Positions 51,609 to 64,000 of a DNA stretch of 64,000 nucleotides are shown piece by piece. The notes beneath the pieces are model-generated. The model was given only the letters and a program-made list of their open reading frames with translations. It searched no databases and had not been told where the DNA came from. Origin of the DNA: a virus. Lineage: Duplodnaviria > Caudoviricetes. The position numbers were made by a program, and so were the translations under genes. How positions within the stretch are numbered: position 1 is the first letter of the stretch; every line of letters starts with the position of its first letter. Location: IMG/VR virus record IMGVR_UViG_3300050343_000159; one strand, written 5' to 3'.

Positions 51609-54600
51609 ATGCCCCAGGAAACTAATCTTAATGTAGCTCCTTATTTTGACGACTTTGATCCGCAAAGTAACTACTATAAGGTTCTATTCAAACCAGCATA
51701 CCCAGTTCAAGCTAGAGAGCTGAACAATCTTCAATCGATTCTTCAGAATCAGGTTGAGGATATGGGTCAGCACTTCTTTAAAGAAGGTGCTAAAGTTATT
51801 CCAGGACAATTATCATACCTGAGTAGTTATTATGCTATTCAGATTGAACCTGAGTATCTTGGTGTTCCTGTTTCATTATATCTAGATCAACTTGTTGGTA
51901 AGTTGATTGTTGGACAACAATCTGGTGTAACTGGAAGAGTAAGTTCATATATTACAAACGAAGAATCAGAGAGAGGAAACTATACTCTCTATGTTGACTA
52001 CTTTGAGTCGTCAACAACTGATGCTGCAACACAAACATTCTTTGATGATGAAGTTCTCGTAACCACAGAGAATATCACTTTTGCAACTACCTTCATTGGG
52101 GCTAATGAAGGTTTTGCTAAGGCATTGACCATAAATGCTAATGCCACTGGTAGTGCATTTGCACTGAGTAATGGTGTATATTTCCTAAGAGGACACTTTG
52201 TAGATGTATTTGATCAAATTCTGATTCTTGATCAATATAATAACAAACCAACTTATAGAATTGGTTTAAGTGTTACTGAGAGTATTGTATCTTCTGATGA
52301 GGATCCTACACTAACAGATAACGCACAAGGATTTAATAACTATACAGCACCAGGTGCTGATAGATTTAAGATTTCTGCACACTTTTCAAAAAAGGATCTG
52401 ATGATTATGATGATCAGAACTTTGTTCAATTGGCTGAAGTTCAGAATGGTATTCTGAGAGAAATTAATAGTGGAACAGATTATAACATTCTGGGTGATGA
52501 ATTAGCTAGAAGAACATTTGATGAATCTGGTCATTATTATGTTCGTGACTTCCTTGACCACCGTTCATAATAGTTTGAACAATGGATATGGAAACAGAGG
52601 AATTTATAATCCAGGACAGGTAACACTCAAGGTAATACTCCTAGTGATGATTTGGGTATCTACAAGATTATCACCTGGTAAGGCTTATGTGAGAGGATAT
52701 GAGGTAGAAGTTAGAGGACCATCTTTCCTTGATTTTGAGAAACCAAGAACTACCAAACTCAAAGAAAGTAGTTCCATTCAGTTCTCCTTTGGTCCTTCAT
52801 TCCAAGTCAATAGAGCCTTTGGTTCTCCTGTTCTTGGGTTTGATACTGGCAATGTTATCAGTCTCAGAGATACTAGAGTTGGAGATGACCCCACGGTTAC
52901 TCCTGGTAAAGAGATTGGTGTTGCTAGATTCTACGATGCAGCTCTAGAATCTGGTTCATATGACAATGTATATCCTAATACCAATAGATGGGATGTATCC
53001 CTCTTTGATATGCAGGTTTATACTGAATTGGAACTCAATGAGGCTGCAACTTTAACCACTCCAACCTTCATTGAAGGCAAGTCTAGTGGTGCAACAGCTT
53101 ATTTGAGACATCCTATCAGTGCTGGAACAGCTCTTACCGCATATTGTGTTCAGGGTGACTTCTTCAATGGTGAAAAACTAGAATTTAATGGTGTTTCTGA
53201 TAATTCTAGAAGTGCAGTAGATGTTCATAACTTTGAAATCTCTGATGTTCAGTCACTTTATACACTTGTAGGTGCTGCTGGTACATATACAGCTGATATT
53301 ATTCCTCAGGTAAGTGAAGTAATTGGTATTGCATCAATCACAGCTCACCATAGTGGTATTTCGACCATAAATTCACCAGGAACAGCATGGCCTGGTATTG
53401 TTACTACTGGAAATCTTGTTCAGTTCTCTATTCCAACTAATGATTTCCCAAGTTTGGCTAGAGTTACACAGGTAAATACCAATTCTATCCAAGTTAGTGG
53501 TGTTACTACTATTACGGCTTATCGTGAAGGTGGTCTTCCTACGACTGCCGTTCAAGTTACTGACTTTTCTGTTGTTAAAGAGTGGTCTTCAGAGAACAAG
53601 TGGAGGAAATTCAGCTGATAATGAGTCACTCTTCAGCTTGATGCCTCATTTGAACCTTGAATCCACTAATCTGGATAATGCAAACCTTGTTATTAGAAAG
53701 GGATTCAGTGTAAATATCACAAATAACTCAACTGGAGCTATTGCGGCTGGTGCAAATGAAGTATTCTTACCTTTTGATGAAGAAAGATATACTTTAGTTC
53801 GTTCTGATGGTTCTATTGAAGTACTAACTCAAGATAGATTCGTATTTCCTCTGGTTTAACTCAACTTACGATTAATGGGTTGGGTTCTAATGATACTGGA
53901 GCTCAACTAACAGCTACTTTGAGAAAATCGAAGGTAAAGGCAAAGGTAAAATCCAAAAAAGAAGCTCAATCTGTCGTTATCTCAAAATCTAGGCAATCTG
54001 GTTCTGGAACTAACACTAATACTCTTAATGATGGACTAACTTATGGTAATTTCCATTTGGAACTAGAGTTCAAGACTCTATCATCTCTTTGGGTGTTCCT
54101 GATGTTATGATTCTTTATGGTGTATTTGAATCACTGGACGGAAATGATCCAGAAGCACCAAGTATGACAACTGCGTCACTTGATGGTCCAAATAATACAA
54201 CAAATGATCTTATTATTGGTGAAGAATTTGTTGGTAGTATTAGTGGAGCTAGAGCTAAGTATATTACTAAGAAATCCGATACAAGTATTAACTTTATCTA
54301 CGAAAATACCTCAAAATTTGAAACTGGTGAAATTATTAACTTTATTGATTCTGGTGTAAGTGCTATTGTATGCAATTTGGCTCTCAACAGTACAAATGTT
54401 ACCAAAAACTTCAAATTCCAAAGTGGACAGAGAAGTACAATTTATGATTTCTCAAGAATCGTAAGAAAAGAAGAAAGTGCAGTTCCTACAAGAAGATTAA
54501 GAGCATATTATCTCTCAGCTGAGTATGATCCATCAGATACTGGTGATATTACTTTGGTTGATTCATATAATTCTTTTAATTATGGTAATGAAGTTCACAT

Positions 54601-57600
54601 CATTCCAAGGTGAGAGAACAACAGACATGATTGATGCCAGACCAAGAGTATCTAAAGACTCTAGTGGTGTTGGTGGATAGATCTCCTCTAGAATTCTATG
54701 GTAGAAACTTCAATGGTGGACAACATAGTTCAACTAATGTGATTGCTTCTGATGAATCTATTTCTTTGATTATAACTTCTACTTGGGCAGAATCGATAGA
54801 ATTTATCTTGATAAAGATGGTAAGTTGACCATCAAGAAAGGAGCTCCTGCTGATAATCCTTCACCTCCTGATGAAGTATCAGGTGCGATGAATCTGGCTA
54901 ATGTTTATCTTTCACCATATCTTTATACCCTCAAGCACGCAAAACTACTTTCATTCAACATAAGAGATATCAGATGTCTGATATCGCTAAGATTGAGATG
55001 AGGGTTAAGAACCTTGAATATTACACCTCACTGAATCAACTGGAAAGTGCAACTATTAACCAGTTTGTTCCAGATGCTAATGGTTTGAACAGATTTAAGT
55101 CTGGTGTATTTGTCGATAACTTCACAAGTCTTGAAGCTCAAGATACTACAGTTGGTGTTAGAAATAGTGTTGATAGAAAGAATAAGATTCTTAGACCTTC
55201 TCACTTTACTACAGCTCTTAATCTAGAACTTGGTAATACTACAATTGCTGGTATTGGTACAACTAATGCACCAAATCAGGATGTTAGATTTGCTGATATT
55301 CTTGGAACGAATGTAAAGAGATCTGGTCAGATGATCACTCTTGATTACACTGAAACTTCTTGGTTGAGACAACCCTTCGCTACTAGAGTTGAGAGTGTTA
55401 CTCCTTTCCTTGGTCAAGTTCTGGGAAGGTTCATTGAGATTTGAACCTGATGTTGATGTCTGGATTGATGTTAACAGAATGGAACTTCGTGATGTTCTTC
55501 AAGAAGGTTCATTCTTGGGTGTTGCTGAATCACTTGGAGCTGAAGTTACAACAGCATGCTGATGGTTCAAGATCTGGTCTTTCTCCGGTTATCTGGCAGT
55601 CATGGGAAACCATGGGTGTTGATGTAAGTTTTGATCTGGGTTCTTCACAATCCACAGAACATCTACTTCTGCATTCCAGAAAAGGAACTGCAGATGAATT
55701 CACGATCTATGTTTAAGGGTGGCAACAGAAGAGCAGCATAATAGACAGTCATGGAGAAGAAGAGGCATGGTAGAGTTCCTAGAGGTTTCGAAGTAGAAGA
55801 AGAAAGCACTACAACTACAACTACAATCACCGGTACAGTTGGTGTTGATTTAAGTCAACAGAGAAAGGGTAAACAACATACTGTTAATGAACAGATTGAT
55901 ACTGAATCACTTGGTGATCGTATCGTATCTCGTGAAGTTATTCAGTTCATGAGAGCTCGTAATATTGAGTTTACATCTACTAGATTGAAACCTTTCACTG
56001 AAGTATATCCATTCTTTGATAATGTAGATGTCGCAAGGTTCTGTATGCCTAAGTTGGTAGAGATTGAAATGATCTCTGGAACTTTCCAGGTAGAAGAAGC
56101 TAGTTGCTGGTATTATGCCATCTGAAGAGAATACTGAGGATGATGAAGAGTCTACAAGAGCAGCAATCGTAGCAAGAGTTGCTACTACAAACCATAAGTA
56201 TGGTCCATACAATAGACCAACTGATATCTTTGAAAGAAACCCATATAACAGAGATGAGAGAATTCCTGAAACATATTCTGAAACTTCTACAGTTCTGAAT
56301 ATTGATACTTTCAGTTTGGCTGATGATGCAAATCCCGAGTTTGCAGGATTTGTCGCACCTAACATGATTCTGAGAGGAGTTAATAGTAACGCTGAAGCTA
56401 GAGTTACTGCAGTTAGATTGATTGGTGATCGTTTGGGAACACTGATTGGTAACTTTCAGAGTTCCAGCTTCTAGTGATCCAGCTAACCCAATCTTTGAAA
56501 CTGGTAGATCCAGATTGAGACTGAGTAGTTCACCTATTGATAGTCGTGTTCCTGGTGTCATCACAACCGCAGCAGAAGAGATCTTCTACTCACAAGGTGA
56601 TATGGACAATACTCAGGAAGTTACACTTTCTCTGAGAAATGCTAGAGTTGAAACTGATGATAGTTTCCTCGAAACTAGAACTATTGGTGATTCTGCTACT
56701 GCATCTACATCATTTACCACTGGTGGAGGTCAGACTGGTGAAAGTAGATTGACTGGTGAGTATACTGACCCTCTTGCACAATCCTTCATTGTTGATGATC
56801 CAACTGGTATTTATCTTGACTAGTATGGATATCTACTTTGAGAGAGTTCCCAACAGATGATAGTACTCCTGTTACTGTTCAAATTCGTGAAGTTGAACTT
56901 GGTACTCCTTCTCAAAGAATCTTGGCATACTCTGAAGTATCTAAAGGTCCAGAAGAAATTACAGTATCTAATGACGCTAGTGTTGCTACTAAGTTCACAT
57001 TTGAATCTCCTGTTTATCTGAATGGACAGAGAGAATATGCAATGATCATTCTTTCTAACTCCACAGAATACGCTGTATGGATCTCTAGACTCGGTGAGTC
57101 TGATGTATCTACACTGGGTAGAGAAGAAGGACAAGTCCTTGTTTCTACACAGAGACTTCTGGGTTCATTGTATAAGTCACAGAACGCTTCTGTATGGACA
57201 CCTTCACAGTATGAAGATCTTACCTTCAACTGTTTAGAGCTGACTTTGTTCCTAATGGTTCTGTTCAGTTCTTCAACCCACCATCTCCAGCTGAATATGA
57301 GGTAATGAGACCTAATCCACTCACGATGACTTCAAACACCGTCAGAGTTGGACTGGGAACTACTGTTACAGATACTGGTATTGCTGATGGTAACTTGATT
57401 ACACAGGTTGGTAGTGAGGCTAGTGGTAGATTTGTTGGATTAGCTGGTTCAGTTACTAGTACACTAACACTCACAAATGTTGGTACTGGTTTCACTCCAT
57501 CTAGTGCATATTACACCTTTACTGGTATAGCACTTACTAGTTTGACCGGTAATGGTATTAACGCAACCGCAGACATTACGATTCAAAATGGTGTAGCTAT

Positions 57601-59231
57601 TGGAGCTACCATTGTTAATGGTGGTAAAGGATATGCACTTGGTGATATTCTACAACCTATCAGTATTGGCAATCTTTCACTTGGTGAAGGTATGAAACTT
57701 TCTGTAAATGATATTTACGGAGAGAATGAGTTAGTTATTGAGGGTGTTCAGGGTACATTCTCTACTGGAGCATCCAATACTCTTCTTTATACTAACAATA
57801 GTGGTGTAACTACGGCTCTCAATCATCCTGGAGTTGTTGCAATCCAGTATCACCTATTAGAGAAGTTAGTGATGGTCTTCACTTTGATGTATTCCACAGA
57901 AACCACGGGATGCACGCAACTGGTAACGTTGTAACTCTAAGTGGAATGAATACGAAGACAAAACCAACTACACTAACTGCTGAGTATTCACTCACAGCTA
58001 CTACGGCTATCTCAATTGCTAGTTCTATCTCCCCAACCAACTTCGGTGAGTTTGAGGGTATTGGAGTTGGGGCAACTAACCCTGGATATGTGAAGATTGG
58101 TAGTGAGGTTATCAAGTATACTGGAGTGGCTGGAAACACCCTCACAGGTATCACTAGAGGTATCGATACCACACAGGTTGGTAGACACACTGTAAACAAC
58201 CTTGTTTATAAGTATGAACTCAATGGTGTGTCACTGAGAAGAATCAACAGAACTCACAACCTCAACGAAACTACCAATAACGAAAGAATCACTCTTGATA
58301 CTTATCCTGTTAAGATTGATATGAGTGATACAATGTTGGAGTAGATCGTAGTGGAAGTGGATTGAAAAAACTCTTCTTCAATGAAACTATTGAAGGTGGT
58401 GGTCCTAGAGGAAAGGCAACATACAATGTTCCTTTTGAGATGATTATTCCTCAGATCAATACCATGGAACCAACAGGTACCAATATTGCACCTTCTGTTA
58501 GAACTACTAGTGGAACAAGTGTATCTGGTAGTGAACCATCATTCGTTGATAAAGGATTTGAGGAAGTTTCACTGAGACAGGAAAACTTCTTCCCAGAACC
58601 AAGAATTGTGGCTTCTGGTGTTAATGAAAATCTTTATCTGGATGAACTTCCTGGTAATAAGTCATTCACAATGAACTTGGATCTAATCACTGATGATACA
58701 AGAATTTCACCAGCTGTTGATCTTAATCAAGCTTCTGTCATCTTTACTACAAATAGAATTGATGAACCCATTTCAGATTACGCTACTGATCCTAGAGTCA
58801 ATTCTACAAAGAATGATCCTAATAGATTCTTCTATGTGACTAAGAATGTGGCTCTTGAAAATCCAGCATCGGCTTTACAAATCTTCTTGGATGGATATGT
58901 TCCACAAGGTGCAGATTTGAGATGTTTCTATTCTTTGAATCAAGATGGACCTGTTGATGATGTAATCTTTGTTCCTTTCCCTGGTTTTGGAAACTTTAAT
59001 CCAAATGGAACTATTCTAAGTCAAGGAAATAGTAATGGAGCTCCCGATCTAGATGTACCTAAAGTTGATGTCTTTACACCTAAACCTAATCTGAATCAAT
59101 ACAGAGAATACAAGTTTAGTGTAGATCAACTACCAGCTTTCAAGTCATTTAGAATTAAGGTAATTGGTTCTTCTACGAATCAGGCAACTGTTCCAATGAT
59201 TAGAAACTTCAGAGCGATTTCACTAGCATAA
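51609..59231 (+). CDS. Large DUF4815/VrlC-like virion structural protein (~2500 aa; split by indels)
   Basis: NLNVAPYFDDFD...KVLFKPAYPVQARELNNLQSILQ start, NRFKSGVFVDNF and DPLAQSF motifs, consecutive ORF pieces ending RAISLA*. Confidence 0.7.
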
Positions 59232-59452
59232 TGAGTAAGATTCCGGTCAAAGATCATAGAAATCTGTATCGCGATGGTTCTTCAACGGCCATCGTGAATA
59301 CAGATAGTGTAGGATATCAAGCCTATGTTGCAAACAGAGAGAAACTTCTCACTGATAAACAGAGAATTGATAACTTAGAAACTAAAGTAGAAGAGATCAA
59401 AGGTGATCTCACAGATATTAAGAATCTACTGGTTCAACTAGTAGATAAATAG
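59231..59452 (+). CDS. Small coiled-coil hypothetical protein
   Basis: 73 aa ORF coupled to the previous stop and directly upstream of gp13. Confidence 0.65.
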   Translation: MSKIPVKDHRNLYRDGSSTAIVNTDSVGYQAYVANREKLLTDKQRIDNLETKVEEIKGDLTDIKNLLVQLVDK

Positions 59453-59471
59453 AAAAAAAGTTGTTTAAATA

Positions 59472-60320
59472 ATGGCTCAACCTACTAATAGACAAGAATT
59501 AGTTGACTATTGTCTTAGACAACTTGGTGCTCCTGTATTGGAAGTCAACGTTGCCGAAGAACAAATTGACGATCTAGTTGATGATGCTATTCAATACTTT
59601 CAAGAAAGACACTTTGATGGTGTAGAGAAAGTATATCTGAAGTATCAGATCACACAAGACGATATTGATAGAGGAAAAGCAAGGCCAGGTGATTCATCGG
59701 TAGGAATTGCTTCTACTAGTGCAACTACTAGTATTGTTGGAACTGCTACAACATTTACATACTATGAGAATAGTAACTACCTACAAGTTCCTTCTAATAT
59801 TATTGGAGTCAATAAAGTATTCCAATTTAATTCCACCGCAGCTGGATCTGGAATCTTCAATGTTAAATATCAGTATATGTTGAGTGGTGTCAACCTATGG
59901 GGTGGTGCTGGATTCGACCTATTATCATATTCGATGACTATGAGTTATTTGGAGACAATGAACTTTCTCCTCAATACTCATAAACAGATTAGATTTAATC
60001 AAAGATCTGACAGGATGTATCTAGATGTTGACTGGAGCAACTTGCAAGTGGACGAGTTCTTGATTATTGAGTGTTACAGAGGACTTGATGGAGAAGATTA
60101 CTCAAGACTCTGGAATGATTCTTTCTTAAAACCATATCTAACTTCACTCATTAAGAGACAGTGGGGTATGAACCTAATCAAGTTCCAAGGTGTGAAGCTA
60201 CCCGGTGGTATTGAGTTCAATGGTAGACAAATTTATGATGATGCTGAAAAGGAATTACAAATAATTCGTGAGAGAATGACATTTAATTATGAACTTCCTC
60301 CTATGGATATGATTGGTTGA
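59472..60320 (+). CDS. gp13: Neck protein gp13
   Basis: ELVDYCLRQLGAPVLEVNV...QIDDLVDDAIQYFQERHFDG, KRQWGMNLIKFQGVKLPGG. Confidence 0.92.
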   Translation: MAQPTNRQELVDYCLRQLGAPVLEVNVAEEQIDDLVDDAIQYFQERHFDGVEKVYLKYQITQDDIDRGKARPGDSSVGIASTSATTSIVGTATTFTYYENSNYLQVPSNIIGVNKVFQFNSTAAGSGIFNVKYQYMLSGVNLWGGAGFDLLSYSMTMSYLETMNFLLNTHKQIRFNQRSDRMYLDVDWSNLQVDEFLIIECYRGLDGEDYSRLWNDSFLKPYLTSLIKRQWGMNLIKFQGVKLPGGIEFNGRQIYDDAEKELQIIRERMTFNYELPPMDMIG

Positions 60321-60321
60321 T

Positions 60322-61749
60322 ATGGCACTTAATCCTTTCTTTTTAAACGGTACAAAGTCGGAACAAGGACTTGTACAAAGTCTTATCAACGAGCAGTTGA
60401 GGATGTATGGTATCGAGTGCTATTACTTGCCTCGTAAATATATAACAACTAATACAATAATTAAGGAAGTTATCGAATCTAAATTCGATTCTGCCTATCC
60501 TTTAGAAGCATATCTGGATTCTTATGAAGGATTTGGTGGTCAGGGAACACTTTTATCTAGATTTGGTATTGAAGATAAGGATGATTGCACTTTAATTATC
60601 TCTAGAGAGAGATATGAGAACTATATTTCCCCTTTAATTGAAAATTTACCCAATATTGGGTTATCTTCACGTCCAAAAGAAGGAGATTTGATCTATTTTC
60701 CTCTTGGAGACCGTATTTTTGAGATAAAATTCGTAGAACATGAGCAACCTTTCTATCAATTAAAGAAAAACTACGTCTATACACTTACTTGCGAACTATT
60801 CCGTTACGAAGATGAGGTTGTAGACACTGGAGTTAGTAAAATTGATGATAATTTGGTTGATTTTGGTTATATTCAGACTCTAAACATGATTGGAGCAGCT
60901 GTTACAGCTACTGCAACTGCTGGAATTTGTACTTTGGGTGCTGTAAATCTCATTAGTATGTCAAATATGGGTAAAAAATACTCATATAGACCAGAAATTG
61001 GAATATCTTCCTCACCAGGAACGACTACAGTTGGTATTGCATCTATCACAAATGAGTATATTCAGTGCGATGGTATGTATGGTGGTATGATTGAGGCTAT
61101 TGATCTAGTAAATGCTGGTTGTGGATACACTGTCAAACCTATGGTGAGTATCACTCCATCTGGAAATGATAATGGCAATAGCGCTACAGCAACTAGTGGT
61201 ATATCGACCAATGGTTCTATTCAGTTTGTAACCATTACAGGTGGTGGTTCAGGTTATACTACAAGTCCAAACTTTACTTTTGTTGTTGGTGGTGGAAATA
61301 CTACTGGTGTTAGTACTGGATTTGGTTATGGTGTCATCAATAACGCTGGTGTTGTCACCGCAGGTTATATTAGATATGGTGGTGAAAACTACAATCTTAC
61401 AGGAGTTACAACTATCACTAGTGTAACTATTGACAATCCTGTTGGACTTGGAGCTACTGTTGGCGTTGGGACTTATATCTTCAATGAAGTTGTTACTGGT
61501 GGAACATCAGGAACCACAGCTAGGGTTAACTCTTGGGACGGAACAAGTCTCGAACTTACTATCAAAGTTGTTGACGGAACATTCTCAGGAAATGAACTTG
61601 TTATCGGACAAGAGTCCGGTGCTTGTTATGCACTCAGATCACAGATTGTTGATGACTTAGTTACACCATTCGCAGACAATGATAATATTCAAACAGAATC
61701 AAATAAGATACTTGATTTCACTGATAGTAATCCTTTTGGGGATCCTTAA
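60322..61749 (+). CDS. gp14: Neck protein gp14 (with cyanophage-type insertion)
   Basis: MALNPFF...EQGLVQSLINEQLRMYG, RPKEGDLIYFPL, CELFRYEDE, DFTDSNPFGDP. Confidence 0.9.
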   Translation: MALNPFFLNGTKSEQGLVQSLINEQLRMYGIECYYLPRKYITTNTIIKEVIESKFDSAYPLEAYLDSYEGFGGQGTLLSRFGIEDKDDCTLIISRERYENYISPLIENLPNIGLSSRPKEGDLIYFPLGDRIFEIKFVEHEQPFYQLKKNYVYTLTCELFRYEDEVVDTGVSKIDDNLVDFGYIQTLNMIGAAVTATATAGICTLGAVNLISMSNMGKKYSYRPEIGISSSPGTTTVGIASITNEYIQCDGMYGGMIEAIDLVNAGCGYTVKPMVSITPSGNDNGNSATATSGISTNGSIQFVTITGGGSGYTTSPNFTFVVGGGNTTGVSTGFGYGVINNAGVVTAGYIRYGGENYNLTGVTTITSVTIDNPVGLGATVGVGTYIFNEVVTGGTSGTTARVNSWDGTSLELTIKVVDGTFSGNELVIGQESGACYALRSQIVDDLVTPFADNDNIQTESNKILDFTDSNPFGDP

Positions 61750-61791
61750 ATATTATCTTGTTAAATAGTAGTATATCTAAACTATAGGACG

Positions 61792-62793
61792 ATGTTTGAG
61801 TATTTCTATAATGAGATTCTTAGATCCACAATTATTGGGTTTGGATCACTCTTCAACGGTATAGAAGTTCAACACCAGAACGACTCAGACCAAGCCGTGA
61901 GTGTGATTCAGGTTCCTATTGCTTATGGACCTACTCAAAAGTTTCTTGCTCGTATGCAACAAGAAGCTAATCTGAATCGTCCTACTCAGATTACTCTTCC
62001 TCGAATGTCATTTGAGTTTAAATCACTCACTTATGACCCTTCAAGGAAAACAACAAAGAATCAAACATTTGTAACTAGGACACCTGACGGTAGTGAGATT
62101 AAGAGAGTATATTCTCCTGTCCCATATAATATGGGATTTGAACTCTCTGTCTATACTAAACTGAACGATGATATGTTACAAATCGTCGAACAGATTCTTC
62201 CATACTTTCAACCACAATACAATCTCTCAATCAAGTTTCTTGGTAATTTGAATGAGATTAGGGATGTTCCCGTTGTCCTTGATAGTGTGAGTATGGATGA
62301 TGATTATGAGGGTAACTTTGAAACTCGAAGAGCTTTAGTATACACACTTCAATTCACAGCTAAGACCTATCTGTTTGGTCCTATTGCTGACGTTTCAGGA
62401 GACATTATCAGAAAGGTTACCGTTGGTTATCTTGCTGGTTCCAAGGGTGGTGGAGTTGCAACAAGAGACCTTACATATCAGGTCACACCAAGAGCTACTA
62501 AAGACTATGACAATAGTTTGATTAGTAACTTGGATGAGGATGTTGATATCTCACAAACAACTATCAAGATCACAAATCCTGGTGGTATCACTGAAAGTAC
62601 TTATGTTTATGTTGGTACTGAAGAGATGTTTGTTGAGAAGATTGTTGGTGACAACATGAGAGTTAAGAGAGGTCAGGATAATACCAAGGCTTCTATTCAT
62701 GTTCTTGGTACAGATGTTTATAGTATCACCAAGGAAGATAACAAGTTGATTGAATTCGGAGATGACTTCGGATTTAGTGGTAGTGTTTTTTGA
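61792..62793 (+). CDS. gp15: Tail sheath stabiliser/completion protein gp15
   Basis: MFEYFYNEILR...VPIAYGPTQKFLAR...TLPRMSFE...QIVEQILPYFQP. Confidence 0.92.
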   Translation: MFEYFYNEILRSTIIGFGSLFNGIEVQHQNDSDQAVSVIQVPIAYGPTQKFLARMQQEANLNRPTQITLPRMSFEFKSLTYDPSRKTTKNQTFVTRTPDGSEIKRVYSPVPYNMGFELSVYTKLNDDMLQIVEQILPYFQPQYNLSIKFLGNLNEIRDVPVVLDSVSMDDDYEGNFETRRALVYTLQFTAKTYLFGPIADVSGDIIRKVTVGYLAGSKGGGVATRDLTYQVTPRATKDYDNSLISNLDEDVDISQTTIKITNPGGITESTYVYVGTEEMFVEKIVGDNMRVKRGQDNTKASIHVLGTDVYSITKEDNKLIEFGDDFGFSGSVF

Positions 62794-62801
62794 GGTAACC
62801 C

Positions 62802-63209
62802 ATGACTAAGTATGAGAAACTTGATGAAGCTTTTGATGTTGAGCCAACAGAAGTAGAAGTAACGGAAAGGAAGATTGAAAAAATCAAATCCGGTTCAGAG
62901 GATATCAAGAGAGATTACGAATACACCAGGGGTAATCTCTATTCAATCATTGAGAAAGGGCAGGAAGCTATCGATGGTATCCTTGAACTGGCTCAAGAGA
63001 GTGAGATGCCTCGTGCGTATGAAGTCGCAGGTCAGTTGATTAAGAATGTGGCAGATGCCACAGATAAACTCCTAACACTCCAACAGAAGTTAAAAGATGT
63101 TCAGGAAGAGAAAGATACTAAAGGTCCAACCACTGTGAATAACGCATTGTTTGTTGGCTCTACAGCTGAGTTACAGAAACTCTTGAAGAACAACACACCA
63201 GATAAATAA
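62802..63209 (+). CDS. gp16: Terminase small subunit gp16
   Basis: DYEYTRGNLYSIIEKG...PRAYEVAGQLIK...NNALFVGSTAELQK. Confidence 0.9.
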   Translation: MTKYEKLDEAFDVEPTEVEVTERKIEKIKSGSEDIKRDYEYTRGNLYSIIEKGQEAIDGILELAQESEMPRAYEVAGQLIKNVADATDKLLTLQQKLKDVQEEKDTKGPTTVNNALFVGSTAELQKLLKNNTPDK

Positions 63210-63216
63210 CTAAAAA
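63202..63216 (+). promoter_or_regulatory. T4-type late promoter
   Basis: ATAAATAACTAAAAA, the same extended form as in the fibre island. Confidence 0.7.
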
Positions 63217-63225
63217 GATAATAAA

Positions 63226-63558
63226 ATGGCTACCCCGTCAGTCAATATTGTTATACCACAAGCTTCTGATTTTAGTTTTACATATATCTCTAAAAATTCT
63301 GATGGAAGTCTGAAGAATTTGAATGGTTTCACTGGAGAGTCAAAGTTGAAGAAGCATTCAACTTCTTCAACATCCCATTCCTTTACTGTTGGTATTAATA
63401 CCATCACATCTGTGGTATCTCTTGCCATGACTTCTGGTGTATCTGTAAATGTCAAATCAGGAAGATATCTTTATGATGTAAGAATCACATCATCTGGTGG
63501 TTCTGTAGAAAGAATTCTTGAAGGAACGGCAGAAGTCACAGCAGGAATCACTACTTAA
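63226..63558 (+). CDS. Small Ig-like structural hypothetical protein
   Basis: 110 aa beta-rich ORF with GRYLYDVRIT...ERILEGTAEV. Confidence 0.6.
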   Translation: MATPSVNIVIPQASDFSFTYISKNSDGSLKNLNGFTGESKLKKHSTSSTSHSFTVGINTITSVVSLAMTSGVSVNVKSGRYLYDVRITSSGGSVERILEGTAEVTAGITT

Positions 63559-63627
63559 TTTCATCAAGAAGTAGAGGAGATAAATAGTATTTCAGGGAGA
63601 GAAATCCCAAAGTATTGCACTAATAGA

Positions 63628-64000
63628 ATGTCTAACGAAGACCTGCCGTCAATAAATGATATAGTAGAAGAGAGCAATTTGCCCTCTTACAAAGATTTTA
63701 TCGAAGTTAAACAGGAAGAGGAACTTCCTTCTGTTGAGGAATATATTGAAGAGAAAGTTGTAGATACTTTAGAAGAAGAAGATATTGAAACTGTTTTATC
63801 AGAAACTGCTCCAGAGTGGTCGGAATTAGTACGCCTTGTAAATGATGTAAGAAAGGATATACCGGAAATACCGGAGATTAAGTATTATGATGAACAACTA
63901 AAAGAATTAAGTGATAAATTATCACAAATTCAAGATTTAAATGAAGACAAATTAACTGAAATTGAATCAAAAATACCTGAACTCCCAGAGGTCAAGTATT
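63628..64000 (+). CDS. Acidic coiled-coil protein, 5' part (runs off the window)
   Basis: MSNEDLPSINDIVEESNLPSYKDF... is open to the window end. ATAAATA at 63580-63586. Confidence 0.6.
   Translation, partial: MSNEDLPSINDIVEESNLPSYKDFIEVKQEEELPSVEEYIEEKVVDTLEEEDIETVLSETAPEWSELVRLVNDVRKDIPEIPEIKYYDEQLKELSDKLSQIQDLNEDKLTEIESKIPELPEVKY

Noticed and set aside
32511-59231. Split ORFs in gp25, gp6, gp7, the DUF4815 gene and dam as pseudogenes, programmed frameshifts or stop-codon recoding
   Set aside because: Breaks are scattered single-base indels, often at homopolymers (e.g. TTTGAAATGTAG near 36895), and they hit essential genes. Reading resumes in a different frame rather than through the stop. 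This fits long-read error.
1864-63455. Minus-strand and nested ORFs in the supplied track (e.g. 5546-5812, 31079-31474, 55907-56365, 56100-56564)
   Set aside because: They are antisense or off-frame shadows of well-supported + strand genes, with no motifs or RBS.

Overview
This 64 kb window is part of a T4-like marine cyanomyovirus genome (Kyanoviridae-like), and essentially all real genes lie on the + strand. Single-base indels split even essential genes (gp25, gp6, gp7) and look like uncorrected long-read errors. Four zones: (1) 1-15.9 kb is a hypervariable fibre/adhesin island. It has four tandem paralogous genes, each with a 7-blade beta-propeller and (copies B-D) its own late promoter, then three shaft-gene plus tip-gene pairs; one shaft carries a cupredoxin-like domain. 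(2) 16-21 kb holds small accessory ORFs, including a CP12-like protein, HEXXH proteins and a basic protein with a T4 capsid-targeting-like N-terminus. (3) 21-29.2 kb is an array of small-gene cassettes, headed by 12 copies of a conserved ~32 bp element (TTACTCACCTCTAAAYTGCYCCA..TGTAA), several with an overlapping inverted repeat. It includes a KxDG ligase-like gene and ends in a structured, gene-poor stretch and a tRNA(CAT). (4) 29.3-64 kb is the conserved block: dam, hypotheticals, gp25, gp6, a giant (~4000 aa) gp7-like gene, a LamG-tipped fibre, gp8, a DUF4815/VrlC-like structural gene, gp13, gp14, gp15 and gp16. The strongest candidates for an undescribed system are the repeat-delimited gene-cassette array and the modular, promoter-bearing fibre cassette island. 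All assignments come from motif recognition by eye; no searches were run.
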